A DNA stretch of 63,410 bases, filler included. It is 13 parts of 13 records of this genome, joined end to end, with 100 filler letters (N's around TTAATTAATTAA, not from the genome) between each part and the next. Parts side by side here need not be neighbours in the genome. Positions count along the whole stretch, not along the records: positions 54,898 to 58,972 come from SRR15195285_12596; positions 59,073 to 63,410 come from SRR15195285_12597; 11 more parts are not named here. One strand, 5' to 3'. The position numbers and the translations under genes are program-made. This document shows, piece by piece, positions 56,921-63,410 of this stretch (positions are counted from its first letter, which is position 1; every line of letters begins with the position of its first letter). The notes under the pieces were generated by a model, which was given only the letters and a program-made list of their open reading frames with translations, made no database searches and was not told the origin of the DNA.

Positions 56921-58310
56921 TCAAAGCTTTGGATTGGCGTCTCCACCTCCAAGCAGTCGTTGCTCGTATTCTGTCATGTCAATCCCGTTGTATCGATCGG
57001 CGACTGCAGCGATGGTCTGAGGCGTCCAATAGCGATTCCCCGGTTCAGGAAAGCCCAAAATGTTTCGCTGTGGTGTACTCATTGTGGCAACAAATTCTTT
57101 CATGTGCTGCAGACTCCAGAAGTCCTTGGCCCATGTCTGCTCAAATTGAATCCAGGACGCATCCGCCCTCCGGATTCCGAGGTGATGAGTGTAACGTGTG
57201 CTGCCTGGGAGCACCTGTGGCACAAAACAACTCTCCAGTCAGTCTGGGCGAAAGGGCAGCCCTGAACCGTGAACGCGACGGAGCCTCTCATTTGTTCTTA
57301 CAGGTGTTCCACGGTGCCTGTCAACATGCACCAAAATACCGATTTGTCATTCGTTCTCATGCATGCCGTTGTTGAGCTACACCCAACACAATGCAGCTGT
57401 GGAGAGGCAACGTGCGGGGTGGACGTCGTGCTCACCATACGTCCATGCGATAGAGAAGCGCAGTACCCTGACGATATTTAACTGCCTGTTCATCGGCGTA
57501 GATGTCCGGACGCTGCTGCACTGTCCGATGCGTTGTGAAGTTTCGAGAGTCCAGATCAAGCTCTCTAGCCTCCTCCGCGTCGAGCAGTTCGGAGGCACCG
57601 TTGCCGGTGGTACCAAGCTGGGCGACCCGCCACGACTGCTCGGCAGGGTTCTCTCCAAAATGCTCCGGTGTGTACTTGAAAGCCGTCGGACCCATGCACT
57701 CGTCCACGTCAGAGTCTGCAGCACACGGGCAGGGTCAGTGGGGTGACAAAAATATGCTAGCGTATGCAACGCGTGACCAAAACTCACAATACAGAATACA
57801 AGAGACGCTCTCTGGCGCATCCGGTGGTGGCACAACGAGTGTGTTGTTGCCAAAGTCTTGGTGAAACGGTTGCGCCCCTGTCCCAAACGCCTCCGCGCCT
57901 AAAGTACCCGTGGCGCCACCACCAGGACCCTCTGAGCCTGCCTTCGCGAGACAGTGACTCCATGTTAACAACAGAGGTGGTGGGCCAGCAGGCTCTCCGA
58001 GTAGCTGACGCACGGCCGCGTGGTAGCGCGGGCACATCGTCACCTCGTTAAGGGCGTGCAACTGCTCCGGAAAGGGGAACCGCCGCGCGGGACCTGGTTG
58101 TCCGTCAGGCCACGCTGCCTCGCAGCCCGCCTTTGCCCGTTCGATGAGCTCCGGCGGAAACAGGCCATCAACGACGCACACACCCAGCTCTCGCCACTGC
58201 TGGACCTGTGCTTCGGTGAGAACGTGCGGAGCGGAACGCAACGAGATATCATCGGGCTCCACCCAGTGCGGTGACCAGTCGCTATATGCGTAGCCCGCCT
58301 GCGCGGCCAT
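56921..58310 (-). CDS. Phytanoyl-CoA dioxygenase (PhyH)-like Fe(II)/2OG enzyme, multi-exon, ends -PKL
   Basis: LTEAQVQQWRELGVCVVDGLF, AVRQLLG, FHQDFGNNTL (HxD), VSCILY, GTALLYRMDVW; last exon ..LGFPEPGNRYWT..RY..NPKL*. Confidence 0.8.
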
Positions 58311-58948
58311 CAGGCTCGATCTATCGGGCGCCTCGGTTTCCGTCGCTTCTTACGCACTGGTACGACGACGACCTCGCGACGGAAGCAGCGAGCGCAGCGA
58401 TCAGCGCGCTACAGCGGCGTCGGTATCGGGGATCGCGTTCGCCGGTATCGATCCGCGCGCGCGCGCGCGTACTATTATTCATAGTTCGAATAGTACGAAA
58501 GCGTACATTCGAATACATGAAACACAGTAGATCTATGAATACTATCATAGTTGTATGCCCCGGTCTCGATCTACCACGGTACAAGTACGTACACCCGCGT
58601 ACGACCGTTGAAGCGTTGATGTTGTGAATGATGAGCCGATGAGAAAGTGCGAACGGTACGAACCTGGGTGATGACGCGGATGATGGCGCGGATGATGGCG
58701 GCGCGGCGCACAGCCACCTCGACGGAGGCGGTGGTGGTGGCGGAGAAGACGGCGGACTGACCAGAGTGCTTTGCTGTATCGCAGTGTGCACTTGCGGGGA
58801 GTGGTGGTTGGGGGTAGATGGACGGGCGGCAGGATGCGCGGACGATGCACCACCGGTCGGGGGCGCTGCGGCAGCAGAGGCCGTCGGAGCTGGCGCCGGT
58901 CAATCGTGGGTTTGAGGATGCGGGTCCGCACGGGGGGCAGATGCATAT

Positions 58949-58972
58949 GCAGCAGCAGCAGCAGCAGCAGCA
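58949..58972 (+). repeat. (CAG)n microsatellite at contig end
   Basis: Seen directly. Confidence 0.95.
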
Positions 58973-59122
58973 NNNNNNNNNNNNNNNNNNNNNNNNNNNN
59001 NNNNNNNNNNNNNNNNTTAATTAATTAANNNNNNNNNNNNNNNNNNNNNNNNNNNNNNNNNNNNNNNNNNNNCGCGCGCGGCCGGCGGTCCGCCGCCCGC
59101 GGGCTCCACGCACCCAGTCTTG

Positions 59123-62100
59123 ATGATGCTCCCGATCACACTGGTCGCCGCACTACTGCTGCCTGCAGTGGCCGCGCTCGTTGTAGAGGAGGCCCCAAGT
59201 CCACCGTCACACCCACGCCTATATTTTTCCACCGCATCCGAGTTGGCACAGCTGCGGCAAAAGTGGGCCGCATCATCCTACATGCAGGGAGTTCTGCGCC
59301 AGTACGAGGCAGCTCTTGAGCACAAGCTGAACTACACTGAGGGCGGCGTGTTTCAGGACATTAGCAGGTGCAGCAACTGCTTCGAGCAGATGGAGGTTGC
59401 GACAGCATTGTACTTAGCTAATTACAGCGACAATGCGAGCCAGTACGGAGACATGGCCAAGGGCATGCTCCTTGGAGGTGTTAAGGCAGCCGCAGCCCAG
59501 CCGGGTGGCTCATTTGTGGGCAGCTGGTTCGCTGCGACGCAACGCAACCTCCAAAACTTGGTGACATCGTACGATATTGTACACGGCCGCATGAACGCAA
59601 GCGAGGCTGCGCAAGGAGAGGCTGCGTTTGCGTCGATTGCCAATCGGCTGATGGTTACCTGCAAACCGGCGAGCTTCCCCGGACCTGCGCCCCCGCCGTA
59701 CGACCCAAAGAGTTTCACAGACTGCTACGACATTTACGACACCAAAAATCGCCTTAGCAACTGGGCTACAGATCGATACGGTGCGCTGTTGCTCATCGCG
59801 CTGACGTTCCCAAATCAACCGAATGCCTCACAGTGGCGTGAACACGCAATCCACGAATTTCGGTGGCAAATATTTAATGGCATAAGCACGGATGGCCAGT
59901 GGAACGAGCCGAGCACGCGCTACCACGGCGCGGTTCTCCGGTGCATGATCCCCCTGTCCTATGCGCTTCGCCACGCCAAGATCATGGACCCCTTCAAGGT
60001 TTGTCCCATAGATTCGAGCTGCTCATTTGTTTGCTCGGATTTGAGTTGCGCGCAGGTCTCAGACATTGTTTGGAAGTTCACTTGGCGAAATTTATGGCGT
60101 CGCAGATCCCACAGTTGAAGCGCTTCGTTGGATGGTATCGCAAGGTACAGACCACTGATCTCACGATGGGTGGCTGTGCCGTCACACCTGCGCTTGGAGA
60201 TGCCAACTGGGAGCAGGTCAGACCTATCTGCATGCTCACCCAAATAGACGCTCTGCAAACTGCGCTTTGCTCTGCATCTGCTGCTAGATATCACCAACAT
60301 TGTGGCTCGGTGGCCAGGTATGGGAAGGTACGCTCGGCTGGGCGGCGGCCGCATATGCCTCGTCTGACCCTCTGTATGCAATGGAACTGATGGCTGCGTG
60401 GGAAGCGGTGAGTGTATGGTTCGCCAATTGTAGCAGCTGGCAGCTTCATATGTCTTCGTTTAAACGACCTGAAGCTTTCCAATCACAATATCCGCAGGCT
60501 TGCGCACCAGCGACGATCGAACCCAGCCCACCAAATCAATTGGCACCGCTGCTCTTCCTCGATCTCTCAATCCCACGGGTGCCACCAGTGCAGCGCTCGT
60601 CAGAGCGTCTGGCGAGTTACGTCGTTCTGCGTAAGCCGACTAGAAATGATGAGCTTGCGTCCGAACTCAACACTGTGAATGATGCAGTAGGAGCAAAGGC
60701 CAGGTAACTGCATCCATGTATTCACGCGCCGTCGAATCCAGCCAACGAAACATGACACAGTTCACGGAAAATATCCAATTCACCACCGACTTCCATTGAA
60801 TGATTGACCGTGGACAATGACATTCTCGCTGGTGCAGATGGGATATGTTGATGTCGACGAGTACCCAACGAACTCGGGGTGGCCACGGTCACCCAGATAG
60901 AGGCTCTGTGAATCTTTACAGCCCACGAGGTGTTCCTTTGATCATTGATCCAGGCGTAGGATGGAGTGCGTTGTCACACGCGTCGCTTACCTTACAATGG
61001 AGTTGCAGTGATATTCGTGTTGTCTTGATGGAGCTTTGATTGCTTGCTGGCTGGATGTTGCGATTGGAGTAGGTGGCTACAATTGGGGCAAGTATGTCAA
61101 CGGAACGAGCAACGGATTCTGGTACCACGCCAGCCACGCTCATTCGATGGTAACCTTCGGAAACTCTACCACCGGGCCAAATGGAATGCAGTGGACACCG
61201 CGCGGTGATTGCAAACCCGCAGGAAACTGTACAACATCGCTTTACGGTCTGCGGGGTCCAGCATGGGTAGACTCCACCACCTTCACGGACGACGTACACT
61301 GGGTCGTGAGCGTTCAACGCGTACCTGTTTCACCTCTATTTCATGCTGCTACTCATGAGCAGGTTCTCATTCAGAATGCTTGTTGCATGAGACAGGATCT
61401 CAACGTAACGCAGGCAGTACAACTGTCAGAAGCACCAAGTCTACGGGGATATCACCGTCGAATTATCGCCGATTGGAATGAAGGTCCTCTATACGTGCTG
61501 TGGGATGCGATCGACGTGGGTGCTGACCGATCTGTGTGCAAGCGAGCTGTCTCCAACCTCCACATTCTCACCGAGCTCGGCTGGAATGGAAACGTTGGTT
61601 GCACCAGCAGCACCAGCACTCAGTTTTCTTCTTCTGTGCACTGCAGTGGCCTGAACGACACGGAGCTAAATGTGCATGTGGTGCGGCCAAGTCGTGCCAC
61701 AACACGAAAGCTGCTGAAGATCAAGGCCGATCCAATGCCAGCGCAGTTTACTGGTGTAGTAGGAAGGCAAAAAGACGGAGCTGCGTTTGCAGGAGATTGG
61801 AACAATGCAGTGAGTACACATCTGCGCTGTGAGCGAGCTTTTTTACAACTTTTCTTTTTCTAACCAAACGTCGTGCACCACGTCAGGGAAACGTGCCTCC
61901 AGACAACCCACACTGGGCCCCGCGCAGCAGCACTTGGTTGCAGCTTGGAATGGATGCAAATGTCAGCAGCAGTGTGGGAGTCACTGACTCACTATGTCCA
62001 GGATTTATCAGTGAGACACGTCACTGCAATAAGAACTCGCTCTTTCGCTGCCTCAAAGTCTGACACTAGCTGGTCATTTGTCTCAGCGGTTGTGCAGGTC

Positions 62101-62783
62101 TGCGACTCCGGTGCGACTGTACCTGCTGTAGTGGCCAAATTCAAGGAGCAACCACAGGGCAGTGCGTTACTCGAAGTCAGGGGAAGGGGTAAGAGCACAT
62201 ACCTGCTTGGATCTCAAGCGGCCGAAGGGTCTGAATCTGGACAGGCTACCCTCGATGGACTTGCAGCTGTCGTTACCTGGACAAATACGAGCCAGTTGCA
62301 CAGCGTGCTACTGCAGGAAGGCAGGCGTCTGCAGCTGTTTGCAGCCCCGGGCGATACTCTCGTGGCAATCAACACCTCTTCTCAGTCAACACTCTCACTG
62401 AAGCTCACAGCATCCGACCAATACCAGCTCCTGCTACACAGTGGTACTGCAGATACCTCAGCTGTGACTGTCGATCTCTCGCTCCCATGGAGTGCTGATT
62501 CGACCGAAATTAATGTCTGGGACAGCGGTCATAGCTGTACGTATGCAACGCTTGCCGTTTCATGCGTGTCAGGTCCAGCAGGCAATGATAATTGTTCTGA
62601 CTGTCTCGCCACAATGCGTGTTGGACAGGGCATGTTGCAAACTCGAGTGTCGGTACGCCCGTGACGTTTCAGGCAATACCTCAGGTGGAGTACATTGTTG
62701 AGGCCAAATGCCCGTGGGCAGACGCTGGTGGAGGTGGGTTCTGGTGCCGCCACGAAGACAGTAGCAACCTACAGATGCAATAA
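59123..62783 (+). CDS. Secreted heparinase II/III-like polysaccharide lyase, many introns; 3' end approximate
   Basis: Signal peptide, HPRLYF, SNW, DGQWNEPSTRYH, PALGD, GHGHPDRGSVNLY..PLIIDPG, HSMVTF, YHRRII..YVLWD on successive plus-strand ORF pieces. Confidence 0.75.
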
Positions 62784-63410
62784 ATATGACAACCACAGGC
62801 CTGTGGCGAGAAAGCTTGCGTGTGTTGCATACAAATGCGTTCCTCCAATATATGCTTGCAAGAGATTGTGACACAGACCGCAGCCATCACTTCTAGACCC
62901 AACTCGTGAAGGTTGACGTGCAAATAGAGAAACCTCTGAGATTTCCGGCTGATCTACTGATGTGACATACAACTATTGACCCCAAGATTATGTCAGATCA
63001 CCAAGCTTTGGTTGTGCAGTTTCTTGAGCAGCGAAGCGTCCACAGCGCTGTGGCTCACTGCTCCCATATCAGCAGCGGGTGTCAAGCAGGGAATGGACCA
63101 ACCGGATGCATTGGCGCGTCTCCGCGAAAGCCTACGACCACAAGACGGCCCGGCAAACGCAGCTACGATTGCTCGGTAGCCGCGAGTCGCACGACACCAA
63201 TGGCATTCTTGGCTGTGACTCATGGGCGGGCCAGCATCACGGTCAACGTGGAGGCCGTGACGGGTACCGACAACGACCCCAGCGACGCGACGGTCACCAT
63301 TGACGCCGCCGCCACCTCCCAGTCGGGCAGCCCCATCGAGGCCGTCCGCTTCCCTTGGCAGTGGGCCGCGGCCTTGCTCATGGTGATTTCGAGGTTCTGG
63401 GGACCGATGC

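Noticed and set aside
58949..58972. CAG tract joining the end of contig 12 to the start of contig 1
   Set aside because: Microsatellite overlap alone cannot establish adjacency; several contigs simply break at repeats.
58626..58972. Possible Gly/Gln-rich gene start divergent from the PhyH-like gene
   Set aside because: Frame ambiguous, low complexity and truncated by the contig end.
63225..63365. Codon-biased fragment ..TVTIDAAA..PIEAVRFPW, reminiscent of a sialate O-acetylesterase C-terminus
   Set aside because: Too short, no upstream exons identified, and at the window edge.

Overview
This window is not one locus. It is 13 assembly contigs joined by 12 artificial 100-nt spacers (N44-TTAATTAATTAA-N44), so adjacency across a spacer has no biological meaning. 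Contig 3 (7965-13380) is a complete phiX174 genome (5386 nt plus a 30-nt terminal overlap) with an amber-mutated lysis gene E, which points to sequencing spike-in contamination. The other 12 contigs are GC-rich, gene-dense eukaryotic nuclear DNA with short GT-AG introns and the standard genetic code. They probably come from an uncultured marine heterotrophic protist (inference; the lineage cannot be fixed from this alone). Genes include an FHA/SIM/RBR ubiquitin ligase, a GH43-like glycosidase, a PA14/CUB protein, two ankyrin proteins, a VPS9 protein, two Fe(II)/2OG dioxygenases, an LRR protein, a cathepsin, beta-tubulin, a C2 protein, a BT1 transporter, katanin p60, an ABCA transporter, a sulfatase, a Cys-rich multi-pass receptor with EF-hands and a heparinase-like lyase. 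The best leads are: (1) an intron-containing gene with a type II secretion pseudopilin (GspG)-like domain; (2) an intron-containing SLATT/DUF4231-like 2TM gene; (3) a composite segment with an RLE endonuclease remnant, a virus-like ORF and an iteron-like inverted-repeat array; (4) a family of perfect intergenic palindromes plus a 40-nt TIR/TSD mini-element; (5) an apparently circular contig with truncated cathepsin and tubulin genes. All domain calls are by-eye motif recognition, not database searches.
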